Shown here: positions 29,823 to 39,497 of the stretch, one piece after another | Layout of the letters: each line of letters opens with the position of its first letter | Numbering within the stretch: position 1 is the stretch's first letter | Assembly (NCBI GenBank): GCA_007134085.1 | Contig: SLLL01000038.1 | Location: forward strand, 21,555-85,554 | Length of the DNA: 64,000 nucleotides | Reading direction: 5' to 3' | DNA from: Balneolaceae bacterium | GTDB taxonomy: Bacteria; Bacteroidota; Rhodothermia; Balneolales; Balneolaceae | Position numbers and translations under genes: made by a program | Notes under the pieces: generated by a model | What the model saw: the letters and a program-made list of their open reading frames with translations, nothing else | Databases searched by the model: none | Told to the model about the DNA's origin: nothing

Positions 29823-31163
29823 TTAAAGCCTCAAATCAGTTATTACGGCTGCGGATTGAACCATCACTGACATCTCCGCAGCTTTAACTTTTGGGGCAAC
29901 CACTTTCTTTAAGCCCATCTTCTCGGTTTCCCTAACTCTCTGCTCAAAAAAGGGAACCTTTCTTACTTCACCACCCAGCCCAACTTCACCAAAGTAAACT
30001 GTATCACGTTTTAGTGGCTTGTCTTTGAGGGATGAGATCAACGCGGAAACTACGGCAAAATCGGCCGAGGGATCAGTAACTTTTAATCCCCCCGCAATAT
30101 TGAGATATACATCATTCCCGGCAAAGCTTAACCCCGCTCGTTTTTCAAGAACGGCAATCAGAAGAGACAGCCGGCGTTGGTCAAAACCACTTGCCGTACG
30201 TTGCGGGGTGCTGTAGCTGCTGGGGGTAACAAGAGCCTGCACTTCCACCAGAATTGGGCGTGTGCCTTCCATTACGCAGGTAAGCGAATTACCGCTTACC
30301 TCAATCTCAGAATCGCTCATAAATAAAACCGATGGATTGACAACCTCCTCAAGGCCGCCCTCCTTCATCTCAAAAACTCCCACTTCCTGAGCCGGGCCAA
30401 ATCTATTCTTCACCGTTCTCAGCAATCTGTAGAGATGATTTTTATCCCCCTCGAAATGCAGAACCGTATCAACCATATGCTCCAGAATACGCGGGCCGGC
30501 AATGTCGCCATCTTTGGTTACGTGGCCAATCATCAAAATGGTGACATTCTCTTTCTTGGCCAGTTGCTGCAACAGTGCTGAGCACTCCCGAATCTGTTGA
30601 ACGCTGCCGGGCAAGCTGGTAAGATCATCGCTGAAAACAGTCTGGATAGAGTCAATAATCAGCAGGCCGTACGTACTGCTGCGAGCTTTGCTGATGATAT
30701 CCCGCACCTCGGTGTGAGAACTGATAAATAGATTTTCACCCGTTAACCCGATTCTGGAGGCCCGCTGTTTAATTTGTGAACCGGACTCCTCCCCCGCGAT
30801 ATAGAGAATTTTTTTATCCGGGCAGTTCTTTGCTACCTGGAGCATCAGTGTACTTTTGCCAATACCGGGATCTCCGCCAAGCAGCGAAAACGATCCGCGG
30901 ACAAATCCGCCATTCAAAACCCTGTCGAACTCTTTCAGGTTTGTGCTGAAACGGTCGGCATCGCTTATCTCGATATCAGAAAGGGCGGTGATTTTGCTGC
31001 CTCCATCATCAGAAATAGCAATCTTATTCTTCTCCTTGCCAGCCTTCACCACTTTCTGTTCAGAAAAGGTGTTCCATTCATTACAAGAGGGACATACTCC
31101 CTGCCACTTGGGTGAATCGTGGCCACAATTACTGCAAATAAACCGAATGCGCTCTTTCGCCAT
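29823..31163 (-). CDS. radA: DNA repair protein RadA/Sms
   Basis: C4 zinc finger, GDPGIGKS, DSIQT, KNRFG and a Lon-like C-terminal domain. Confidence 0.96.
   Translation of the reverse strand: MAKERIRFICSNCGHDSPKWQGVCPSCNEWNTFSEQKVVKAGKEKNKIAISDDGGSKITALSDIEISDADRFSTNLKEFDRVLNGGFVRGSFSLLGGDPGIGKSTLMLQVAKNCPDKKILYIAGEESGSQIKQRASRIGLTGENLFISSHTEVRDIISKARSSTYGLLIIDSIQTVFSDDLTSLPGSVQQIRECSALLQQLAKKENVTILMIGHVTKDGDIAGPRILEHMVDTVLHFEGDKNHLYRLLRTVKNRFGPAQEVGVFEMKEGGLEEVVNPSVLFMSDSEIEVSGNSLTCVMEGTRPILVEVQALVTPSSYSTPQRTASGFDQRRLSLLIAVLEKRAGLSFAGNDVYLNIAGGLKVTDPSADFAVVSALISSLKDKPLKRDTVYFGEVGLGGEVRKVPFFEQRVRETEKMGLKKVVAPKVKAAEMSVMVQSAAVITDLRL
29848..29893 (+). terminator. Probable rpsU terminator lying inside the radA 3' end
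   Basis: GCTGCGGA...TCCGCAGC stem followed by TTTAACTTTTT. Confidence 0.55.
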
Positions 31164-31165
31164 GT

Positions 31166-32224
31166 TTACTTCTCCACTTTGCCGGATGAATCAAGTTTCT
31201 CGGTAACCGTTTGGTTTACGTACCAGAACATAGCGAAAATTCCCAAACCGATGCTTATGTAGTAGGTAATAATTCGCCAGGTAAAAACCGCCAGGCCAAT
31301 AAATGCTTTTCGGTCGATAAGCGGGCCGAGGAAAATGGCAAAAAGCCCCTCTACCCCACCGGAGCCGCCCGGGGTGGGAATCACAAGGAATGCGAGGTTC
31401 ATCGATAAGCTTCGTAATACAAGAAGAATTTCATCAGCCGGCAAAAGGCTTAGTACTACAATAACCGGGATTGCGATTCTGCAGAGCCAGCTCATGGTAG
31501 AGAGGAAGAATGCTTTCAGCACAAAACTGAACGGTTTCTTTCGCAGCTCGATGGAATATTTTTCAAGGTTTTCTGCTTCAGCATTCACTTTTTCGGAGTA
31601 TTTTCGAAGAAACGGCAGCCTGAAAACCACATTCACAATTTTCTTCATGGCAGCGGGATTTACCAGCAACCCGTAAGCCAGTATTGCACCGTAAGCGAGT
31701 AATCCTCCATAAATGAGTGCCATTGTGATGTTGCCAACCAAGCCAATCTCTTCAGGTATTACCTGAAAGTAGATGCCCGAGATCAACAGAATGGGTACCG
31801 CAAGTGCGTACCAGAACTGATCTAAAAGCACTCCATAAAGTACAATTGCCGATGATTTTCCAAGCTTAAGCCCTTCCCGTGTCATCGCGTAAGTTGCAAC
31901 GGGAGCACCGCCAATAGTGGATGGCGTTACGGCAGAGGCAAAGTCCCACGTGAGGGCAATTCTCATTGCCGCCATTTTGCTGATAGCCTTATCCGCCAGA
32001 AAACGAATCTTCGCCGCAGAGAAATAGACCTTCAGAAACGTAACAAAAATAGCCAGTACAAGCCCCGGCATCCGCTTGGGTTTCAGGTGTTCAAGAATAC
32101 CCGGGGTGTAGGTGAGGTAGATTACAACCCCCATGCTAACCATGCTCAATACAATGGAAATTGCCATGTATTTGAAAGAGATCAGGGGCCCGCTTTTGGT
32201 GGTATTTTGCAGGGTGTCAGCCAA
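31166..32224 (-). CDS. Lysylphosphatidylglycerol-synthase-TM / UPF0104 flippase-like membrane protein
   Basis: TPSTIGG, PTPGGSGGVEG, WRIITYY; multiple TM helices; TTG start. Confidence 0.85.
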   Translation of the reverse strand: MADTLQNTTKSGPLISFKYMAISIVLSMVSMGVVIYLTYTPGILEHLKPKRMPGLVLAIFVTFLKVYFSAAKIRFLADKAISKMAAMRIALTWDFASAVTPSTIGGAPVATYAMTREGLKLGKSSAIVLYGVLLDQFWYALAVPILLISGIYFQVIPEEIGLVGNITMALIYGGLLAYGAILAYGLLVNPAAMKKIVNVVFRLPFLRKYSEKVNAEAENLEKYSIELRKKPFSFVLKAFFLSTMSWLCRIAIPVIVVLSLLPADEILLVLRSLSMNLAFLVIPTPGGSGGVEGLFAIFLGPLIDRKAFIGLAVFTWRIITYYISIGLGIFAMFWYVNQTVTEKLDSSGKVEK

Positions 32225-32265
32225 TGGTTGTAAAACTCAATTCCGGTTAGCAGGAAAAAACAGGC

Positions 32266-32303
32266 AAAAAAAAGCCATGCCTTAACTACTTCGGGCATGG
32301 CTT
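32266..32303 (-). terminator. Terminator after fbaB
   Basis: On the minus strand, AAGCCATGCC-cgaagtagttaa-GGCATGGCTT followed by a T tract. Confidence 0.85.
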
Positions 32304-32314
32304 GAAAGGATTAA

Positions 32315-33391
32315 TTAAGCGATGGTTATTTCATCGTTCAGATAAACATCCTGAATGTAGTTCAGAAGTTTAACGCCTTCGCCCATTGGACGCTGGAATG
32401 CCTTACGGCCACTGATGAGCCCCATTCCGCCGGCGCGCTTGTTCACAACAGCAGTTTTTACAGCATCGGCAAAGTCGTCGCTTCCGGATGCACCACCTGA
32501 GTTGATAAGCCCTGCACGGCCCATGTAGCCATTCGCTACCTGGTATCTTGTAAGGTCGATAGGATTATCTGATGTAAGTTCATCATAAATACGCTGATCG
32601 AGCTTACCATAGCTTGAATCGCCAGCATTAAGTGCAAGGTAACCGCCGTTGTTTTCTGGCAATTTTTGCTTTACAATGTCTGCACCAATCGTTGCTCCGA
32701 GGTGGTTAGCCTGGCCGGTGAGGTCGGCAGATGAGTGATAATCAACACCATCAACTTTAAATGCGTTGTTACGTGTGTAGCACCAAAGAACGGTTGCCAT
32801 GCCCAGCTCGTGAGCATAATCGAAAGCTTCAGCTACTTCCACGATCTGGCGTGATGATTCTTCTGATCCAAAATAGATGGTTGCACCAACAGCTGCAGCA
32901 CCCATGTTGTACGCTTTCTCGATAGAACCGAACATAATCTGATCGAACTTGTTCGGGAATGTGAGAAGCTCATTATGGTTGATCTTTACCAGAAACGGAA
33001 TTTTGTGCGCATATTTTCTCGCAACCGCACCCAATACGCCAAATGTTGAAGCAACTGCATTACAGCCGCCTTCAATGGCGAGTTCAACAATTTTTTCAGG
33101 ATCGAAATAGGCAGGGTTTTTCGCGAACGATGCACCGGCACTGTGCTCAATTCCCTGGTCAACAGGAAGAATAGAGAGGTATCCGGTACCGGCAAGGCGC
33201 CCGTGATCGAACATTCTCTGAAGGTTGTGCAGCACTCTGTTATTTCTGTCTGAGTGATACCACACATCATCAACATAACCTGAAGTTGGCAGGTGTAAAT
33301 TCTCTTTTGGTATGGTTTTACATACATGATTTAATAAAGAGTCGGCATCTTTACCCAGTAACTCTTCAATACTTGATTTTGCAAGTGTCAT
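32315..33391 (-). CDS. fbaB: Class I fructose-bisphosphate aldolase (DhnA type)
   Basis: [31 protein letters not shown] and ADIVKQK (Schiff-base lysine). Confidence 0.96.
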   Translation of the reverse strand: MTLAKSSIEELLGKDADSLLNHVCKTIPKENLHLPTSGYVDDVWYHSDRNNRVLHNLQRMFDHGRLAGTGYLSILPVDQGIEHSAGASFAKNPAYFDPEKIVELAIEGGCNAVASTFGVLGAVARKYAHKIPFLVKINHNELLTFPNKFDQIMFGSIEKAYNMGAAAVGATIYFGSEESSRQIVEVAEAFDYAHELGMATVLWCYTRNNAFKVDGVDYHSSADLTGQANHLGATIGADIVKQKLPENNGGYLALNAGDSSYGKLDQRIYDELTSDNPIDLTRYQVANGYMGRAGLINSGGASGSDDFADAVKTAVVNKRAGGMGLISGRKAFQRPMGEGVKLLNYIQDVYLNDEITIA

Positions 33392-33607
33392 TATTTTGTA
33401 CTCCTTTTTTATTCGGAATTTCGTTTAACACTCTAATATACAGGTTAAATAAACAATTGGCTATTCTCGGCATAGCAGAATCGGGCTGGAAGCGCTTCAA
33501 ACTGAAAATATTTAAGATTTTTTTATCTGAAAATCGGTTTTCAGCCACTGAACCACAGATGATATATCATTTCTTAGCCATCATCCCTTAAAACTCGTAT
33601 TTTTATA

Positions 33608-33702
33608 CCCGTCAGTTCGAGCCTGTCTGCTGACATAGGCAGGCGCAATTCCGCCGCTTTTTGGCACCGAGCAATCGGGGCAGGCGGAATGAAGACGAGA
33701 AC
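33608..33702 (+). repeat. Dispersed small repeat, copy 1, carrying a nested 22-bp palindrome
   Basis: CCCGTCAGTTCGAG-[CCTGTCTGCTGACATAGGCAGG]-CGCAATTCCG...CGGAATGAAGACGAGAAC, matching 40933-40986. Confidence 0.8.
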
Positions 33703-33762
33703 ACTTTCTTTATCAATCACTAAATATTAACCACCTCGAACTACTTTCATTAATCCAACCCT

Positions 33763-34752
33763 ATGAACATCGATACCATCAACTTAGGCAACCGTCCACT
33801 CTTTCTGGCTCCAATGGAGGATGTTACCGACTCCCCCTTCCGGCAGATTTGCAAGAAAAAGGGAGCCGACATTGTCTATACGGAGTTTATCAGCTCTGAG
33901 GCGATCATCCGTGATGCCGATATTGCCATGCATAAAATGCAGTTCGAAGAGATTGAGCGCCCATTTGGCATTCAGATTTTTGGCGGACGCGAAGAGGCGA
34001 TGGAAGGCGCCACAAAAGTAGCTGTTGCCAACAACCCCGACCTGGTGGACATCAACTTTGGCTGCCCGGTTTATAAGATTGTGAAGAAAGGCGCGGGCTC
34101 TGCCTGCCTTAAAGATATCGGTATGATGGAACGCATGGCCGGCACCGTGGTTGATGCCGCCGGCAACCTTCCCGTTACCGTTAAAACCCGCCTCGGCTGG
34201 GATGATAACACCATCCGAATCAGCGAGGTGGCACTGATGCTGCAGAGCCTGGGCGTAAAAGCCCTGACCGTACACGCACGTACACGCGCCCAGAAATATA
34301 AGGGCGATGCCCGCTGGGAGTGGCTCAAAAAACTGAAAGATACCCCGGGGCTCGAAATCCCTATTATCGGTAACGGCGATGTTACCACACCACAGCTTGC
34401 TAAAAAAATGTTCGATGAAACCGGCGTTGACGGCGTAATGATTGGCCGCGGCGCCATCGGCAACCCGTGGATTTTTGAACAAACCCGTCACTACATGGAA
34501 ACGGGAGAACTGCTGCCCGAAGCAACCGTATCTGACCGTTTAGAACTCTGCGCCGAACAGCTTCGCCTCTCCGTTGCCCACCACGGCGAACGCTATGGCG
34601 TTATCATCATGAAAAAACACTACGGGCAGTATCTGAAGGGCATCCGCAACGGCAAAAAACTGCGCGCCTCCATTATGGACGAAAAAGAGATGGCCCCCAT
34701 CCTGGAAAAGCTGCTCAATTTTAAGGATGAAGAGTTGTTTGCGGTGGTTTAA
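33763..34752 (+). CDS. dusB: tRNA-dihydrouridine synthase B
   Basis: LAPMEDVTD, DINFGCP (catalytic cysteine), VHART, IIGNGDV, VMIGRGA.GNPW. Confidence 0.95.
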   Translation: MNIDTINLGNRPLFLAPMEDVTDSPFRQICKKKGADIVYTEFISSEAIIRDADIAMHKMQFEEIERPFGIQIFGGREEAMEGATKVAVANNPDLVDINFGCPVYKIVKKGAGSACLKDIGMMERMAGTVVDAAGNLPVTVKTRLGWDDNTIRISEVALMLQSLGVKALTVHARTRAQKYKGDARWEWLKKLKDTPGLEIPIIGNGDVTTPQLAKKMFDETGVDGVMIGRGAIGNPWIFEQTRHYMETGELLPEATVSDRLELCAEQLRLSVAHHGERYGVIIMKKHYGQYLKGIRNGKKLRASIMDEKEMAPILEKLLNFKDEELFAVV

Positions 34753-34978
34753 ATTCCAAAAAACTTTCTACAAATCATTACTTACAGCAATTCAGGAATA
34801 TGAATTCAAGTAAAAAGTGCGATAGCGCGTTGTTTTAGGGCTTGCTGGTATTAGCAAGTAAAGATATATGCTTAGAAGATTATCAGACTTAAAATGGAAT
34901 ATGCCATCTATTAATGTAGTTGCCAAACACTCTAATGGCATTCATTTTGACTAAAACCAAAAATTTCCAATTTTTTTA

Positions 34979-35276
34979 TTAATCAGGTTTGCGAGACAGA
35001 AATCTTGCTTCGTGAATCACACTAAGAATCTCTATGAACTTCTCTTGGTCTTTAATCAAATAGATAATTCGGTAGGGGTGAAAAAATACTTCCCGAATAT
35101 CTTCTCTTTCGTACTCAGGAACCATTCAGCCCTTGTGAGGATATGGAGCTATTGATTCAGACTTTTTAATGATTTTTTCAACTGTTCGATAGGCATAAAG
35201 AACAGAATCTTCTACAATGTAATTAAAAATTTGCCCTAACTGTTTTTCTGCCTTTTTTTGTCCAGGCTATTTTCAT
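34979..35276 (-). pseudogene. ParE/RelE-family toxin pseudogene (frameshift plus nonsense codon)
   Basis: ATG at 35276 overlaps the antitoxin stop (ATGA). Removing one base from the T7 run (35253-35259) gives MKIAWTKKAEKQLGQIFNYIVEDSVLYAYRTVEKIIKKSESIAPYPHKG*MVPEYEREDIREVFFHPYRIIYLIKDQEKFIEILSVIHEARFLSRKPD, with an in-frame TGA at 35126-35128. Confidence 0.88.
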
Positions 35277-35461
35277 GTAACCAATTGGTATTTTTTTAAA
35301 ATCTCTTCATGAGAGACAATCCTGCCCTCTTCCGAATCTTTCAAACCCTGCTCTATAGATTGCCGAACGTAGATTTTATACATGAGGTCATCCCAATCCG
35401 CATCATCCGGAAGATCTCTCAGTAAAGTCTCTATTTCCTTTTTTAATTCTGTTTTTTCCAT
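35273..35461 (-). CDS. Small acidic antitoxin-like protein of a type II TA pair
   Basis: 62 aa with LPDDA.WDDLMY.IYV...IEQGL.D.E.GR.VSHEE pattern, translationally coupled to the ParE-like pseudogene. Confidence 0.8.
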   Translation of the reverse strand: MEKTELKKEIETLLRDLPDDADWDDLMYKIYVRQSIEQGLKDSEEGRIVSHEEILKKYQLVT

Positions 35462-35576
35462 AGCAATTTTATTCTTTATGTGTTGTGTAAAAATAGTATC
35501 GTGAGCTAATCTTAGAAAAACAACGACAATTCCGCAGTTAGAATTTTATTTTTCTAAGTGAATTAACGCATTCAAA

Positions 35577-35780
35577 TCACAAATTCGGCACAATCAATGC
35601 AAGCGTAATAGCCGCCAATACACCGCAAAAATAAGCTAACTGCATGTTTCTGTAGCGGCCGGGATCTTCTGCTTTGTCTTTAATCACAGAAATGGTGATT
35701 GATTTTTGCGTAGCAAACTGAAGTATGATCATACAGATGAAAGCTCCGGCGAGAGCCCCAAATAGAAATTGTATCATCAT
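35577..35780 (-). CDS. Small two-TM hypothetical protein
   Basis: 67 aa with two hydrophobic helices and a GGAG-type RBS just upstream. Confidence 0.6.
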   Translation of the reverse strand: MMIQFLFGALAGAFICMIILQFATQKSITISVIKDKAEDPGRYRNMQLAYFCGVLAAITLALIVPNL

Positions 35781-35866
35781 TTATCTCCTTTAGTTTATTT
35801 GATTAGAGAAGACATGCAGCCAGAAACTCAAAAATCCAGCTGCATCAGTTTGTAATTAATCATCGC

Positions 35867-37126
35867 TCAAACTCTCTTCAAATACGTACCCAACCTCCAG
35901 AGCCTTTCTAACGGGCCCATTTTGTATTTACTGAAATACCATTTACTCAGATATACCTGAATTGTAAATATCAAAAGTGCGAGTGGCAGTATGAAGATGG
36001 GCGGGAATTGGCCAATCAACCCGAGGCCAAAACTGTAAAAAATGGTTGCGCAGATTACGCTCTGCATGATGTAGTTGGTGAGGGCCATCCTGCCAACGGG
36101 GGCAAAACGTTTCAGAAAGGTTGTGGCTTTGCCGTCATCCAGCCATTTGAGAATAAACCCGCAGTAGCCAAACATCATCAGCGGTGCGCCAAACAGGATG
36201 GAAACCATCTGCACCAGATACCAGTAATTGAAAAACACGGGATCTGTGTAGAGAAACGTAGTGGCATAGATAACGGAGAGGATGAAGCCCGCTATAAAGA
36301 ATTTCCACCGGCGGGGAATAAGCAGTTCACGCAACAGTTTTGGCTTTTGCAGCAGCCCTTTACGGCCAATAAGAAGACCTATCAGAAAAATGGAGATTAT
36401 GTATGGCATCCCCATCGGTGAGATGAACATGCCCGACCATGCAAACGCCAGCTCTTCCCCACGGTACTCAATTATCTCTGCGTAAGTGCCATTTACCAGT
36501 ACTTCGTAACCCCGATCAAGCAGGTCCTGAAAGCCTTCAGCCGACTCCGCAAATCCTGCTTTTATGCCGGGAGCCACATCAGGCATACTCATGCCCCACA
36601 TCACAAAAACAATCAGCAGCGTAAACAGGGCCAGGAAACCACCAATAAACAACCCTATCCAAACTTTAATGGTTTTATCCGTTCGATAAAGGAAGAGCAT
36701 AATTACAAATCCGCCAACTGCGTAGGGAACAAGAATATCACCGGGCCATAACAGCCAGGCATGCATCATCCCGATGATAAAGAGCAGCACCATCCTGCGA
36801 AAATAGACACGCCGTACGGGCATCCCCTTCTCTTTGAGGCGTTCCGTAAAGATGTAGAAGCCAAGCCCAAAGAGAAACGAAAAGAGGGTGATGAATTTCC
36901 CTTCAAAAAAGGCCCGGCTAAAGAAGAGATAGGCCTGATTGTACCACTCTCCCCACATAGCGGAATCGGCAGCCAAAATGGCGATGGGGTTTGCAAAAAG
37001 AAAGAGGTTTACAACCAGAATGCCAAAGAGGGCAATTCCGCGAAGTATATCGAGGTCAACAATCCGTTCCACCGGTTTTACCGGCCCGGCCTTTACCTTT
37101 GCCGATGGTGTTTGTGGCTGTTCCAT
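35867..37126 (-). CDS. DUF418 (YeiB-like) membrane protein
   Basis: RIVDLDILRGIALFGIL.VN, KF..LFSFLFG.G, GRMALTNY..QS, GPLERLWR. Confidence 0.9.
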   Translation of the reverse strand: MEQPQTPSAKVKAGPVKPVERIVDLDILRGIALFGILVVNLFLFANPIAILAADSAMWGEWYNQAYLFFSRAFFEGKFITLFSFLFGLGFYIFTERLKEKGMPVRRVYFRRMVLLFIIGMMHAWLLWPGDILVPYAVGGFVIMLFLYRTDKTIKVWIGLFIGGFLALFTLLIVFVMWGMSMPDVAPGIKAGFAESAEGFQDLLDRGYEVLVNGTYAEIIEYRGEELAFAWSGMFISPMGMPYIISIFLIGLLIGRKGLLQKPKLLRELLIPRRWKFFIAGFILSVIYATTFLYTDPVFFNYWYLVQMVSILFGAPLMMFGYCGFILKWLDDGKATTFLKRFAPVGRMALTNYIMQSVICATIFYSFGLGLIGQFPPIFILPLALLIFTIQVYLSKWYFSKYKMGPLERLWRLGTYLKRV

Positions 37127-37237
37127 TGAGGGCTTTGTTTACAGGTTAGTATTCCATCAAAGCGAACAATATAATTAATAAGAGGTTATTAGGAAATTTG
37201 AGGATGGGTTTAAATCGTTTCCTCAAACAAAATAACA

Positions 37238-38689
37238 CTATTTTATCCAGCCGGCATTTGTGAGCCGTAACGAGTTCAATTCTATACTTTCGGAGGGATT
37301 CAGGATGATGGGCTGGAAAGTATCGTGAATCGAATTTGTTTTATAAATGATAAATTCTGCCTCCCCGCCGGCTCCAACACGTATCAGAAAGAGCTGATAC
37401 TCCCCCACACTTGTAGCAAGATATGGCTCAACCTCCCTTGGCCTTAAATAGCTTTCGCCCGGCACGGGGCCATCCTGAACAAGTACAGCCGGAGACCAAA
37501 ACTGATAATAACTGAGATCGCGGCCTTCACTAACTTCACCGATATTGAGTTGCACGGCTGCTTCTTCTGTTTGTATCTGCCTTTGCACCCGAAATGTAGC
37601 ATACAAGAGTTGCGGCGTATCAAAGCTGATTGAATATCCCGGTAAATCAACATAAAATCTTTCTATGCCTAAAAAGTGCATCCCTAATTCACTAATCATC
37701 TTATTGATTTGATCGATCGCATTCGAAAACCGGATCAGGCCTGAAGGTTCTGAAAATGGTTCAGGATCTCCGAACCATTCTAATCTCATGTTCGGGTTCT
37801 GCAAGCTTAGATGAATGTTTGAATCCATCTCTGTCTCAAACTCACTCAATAAAAAAGTGATATCCTGTTCAGAGGGAAATGAACGGATTCCTGCAAGATC
37901 GTAATCCAGTTGCAGATGCTTCCAGGCATTGCGTCTGCTTTCAGTGCCCCAGTCCAGTTTTGCGAACTCTTCTCCATCCCTCAACATTGAAATCACTACC
38001 CTTCGAACCGAGTGGTAACGAATCAAATCTGAGGACACTAAAACCTGCCTTTTAAGAAGTTTAAGGAACGGATAGCTGATTTCATTTGAAACACTTGAAA
38101 AATCATACTCTGCATATAATGTTTTATTCTCAAATTGATAGTTAAAACTCAGATTCTCAGGAAGGTTTTGCTCAATCCTATTCAGTTCGTTGAACATGTC
38201 GGCTTTATCTGCCATTTTGAGCATCTGCTCATTTACAGCCCATGCGATTAGAATGCCAACTATACTGCCAGCTAATCCTGTTCCGGTATGCCGTAAAATT
38301 TGTGAACGGCTGCGGGGAAACCAGCCATCACCCGGCTGCCTGTATAAAGTGGCGAAGAGAACACCCGGCCACCAGAACGCAACAATCAGAATATCTAAAA
38401 ACAAAGTGGCAAGTATTCCGCTCGGAGCACCCTGCCATGCTCTGAACCAAAAAATAGTTGTAGCTAATGCTGCAACGAGAAAAATGAATTTATATGCAAA
38501 GCGGGAACTCTCTGCGGCTGATTTCTCTGTACGAATGACCGTGACAATGAAAAGAACCAGAGTAGCTCCCACAAACAGAACCACGCTATCGGCAAATGAG
38601 GCGGCATCTGCCAGGGTTAAATAAAGTAATAAACATCCTGCAGAGCCAAGATTCCAGAGTACAGCCGGATGAAAAAATTTCATCTTCAC
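37238..38689 (-). CDS. Hypothetical protein with about five N-terminal TM helices and a large soluble domain
   Basis: 483-aa ORF; no family recognised. Confidence 0.75.
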   Translation of the reverse strand: MKMKFFHPAVLWNLGSAGCLLLYLTLADAASFADSVVLFVGATLVLFIVTVIRTEKSAAESSRFAYKFIFLVAALATTIFWFRAWQGAPSGILATLFLDILIVAFWWPGVLFATLYRQPGDGWFPRSRSQILRHTGTGLAGSIVGILIAWAVNEQMLKMADKADMFNELNRIEQNLPENLSFNYQFENKTLYAEYDFSSVSNEISYPFLKLLKRQVLVSSDLIRYHSVRRVVISMLRDGEEFAKLDWGTESRRNAWKHLQLDYDLAGIRSFPSEQDITFLLSEFETEMDSNIHLSLQNPNMRLEWFGDPEPFSEPSGLIRFSNAIDQINKMISELGMHFLGIERFYVDLPGYSISFDTPQLLYATFRVQRQIQTEEAAVQLNIGEVSEGRDLSYYQFWSPAVLVQDGPVPGESYLRPREVEPYLATSVGEYQLFLIRVGAGGEAEFIIYKTNSIHDTFQPIILNPSESIELNSLRLTNAGWIK

Positions 38690-38746
38690 TTATCCTGTTA
38701 TTATCACTGTATCATAATGACAAAGTTTGGCCATTTTTAAGGCTAC

Positions 38747-39079
38747 TCAATAGTTCTGAACCTTTTCCAATAACTCTGGAACCCGGTTTTGAACGAAATC
38801 CCATAGTGCTGCAACATCTACTATGTCATAACCATGAGCCAGAATATTCCTGAAATCAATAATTTTTCTGTACTCAGGAATTCTTTTAGCCAGTTTATCC
38901 TGTTCAATTTTTTCTAACCGAAATAGTGCTTCCCCAATAATTTCAAACTGCCTTTCAATAGCTAATTGTAATAAACGATCTTTTAGGAATTGTTCATAAG
39001 ATTTACCCGCTGTAAAGTCGTTAATTTCATTGCAGGAAAGAGTAATATCGAGTAGTAATTTTCGTGGGCTATGCGGCAT
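38747..39079 (-). CDS. hepT: HEPN (DUF86) ribonuclease toxin
   Basis: AIERQFEIIGEA and the RX4H motif RNILAHGY. Confidence 0.9.
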   Translation of the reverse strand: MPHSPRKLLLDITLSCNEINDFTAGKSYEQFLKDRLLQLAIERQFEIIGEALFRLEKIEQDKLAKRIPEYRKIIDFRNILAHGYDIVDVAALWDFVQNRVPELLEKVQNY

Positions 39080-39371
39080 ACAAAAGTGTTTTCGATTTTT
39101 CTACTTCCTCTTCAAACAGAGGATTTCTGAATTTTTTGTACGTAATCAAATCAACACTTCGGTTGTATATCTTTTCAAGCCTTTCTTTTAAGCCCATGAA
39201 CTGGTTAAAAGCACCTTCAAAACCGGATCGATCAAAAACTACTAAAAAATCTAAGTCACTATTTTTTTGAAAATTATCTGTAACAATCGAGCCAAAAACA
39301 TAGAGCTCCCTAACTTGATATTCTTTACATGCCTGCTCAAGTTCACTGTTTTTAAGGTCTGATATCTTCAT
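39069..39371 (-). CDS. mntA: Minimal nucleotidyltransferase (MNT) antitoxin
   Basis: LYVFGS...SDLDF (GSX10DXD) and VDL; overlaps the HEPN gene by 11 bp. Confidence 0.9.
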   Translation of the reverse strand: MKISDLKNSELEQACKEYQVRELYVFGSIVTDNFQKNSDLDFLVVFDRSGFEGAFNQFMGLKERLEKIYNRSVDLITYKKFRNPLFEEEVEKSKTLLYAA

Positions 39372-39497
39372 GAATTGCTTGGGTTTAATTCACTACAAAT
39401 GTAAGTAAAAACGCAAAATTTTGAATTCAGAATTATAACTATAAACTATTAACGAAATTAATAGCTAACAAACATAGAAATCTGAAGAAATAAATAA

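Noticed and set aside
33784-34491. 235-aa antisense ORF over dusB (likewise 5247-5990 over PBP1A, 1933-2436, 46732-47277 and others)
   Set aside because: Shadow ORFs opposite well-supported genes, with no recognisable motifs.
34753-39497. Integrative element or prophage at dusB
   Set aside because: No integrase, transposase, phage gene or att-like duplication of the dusB or serS ends was found.
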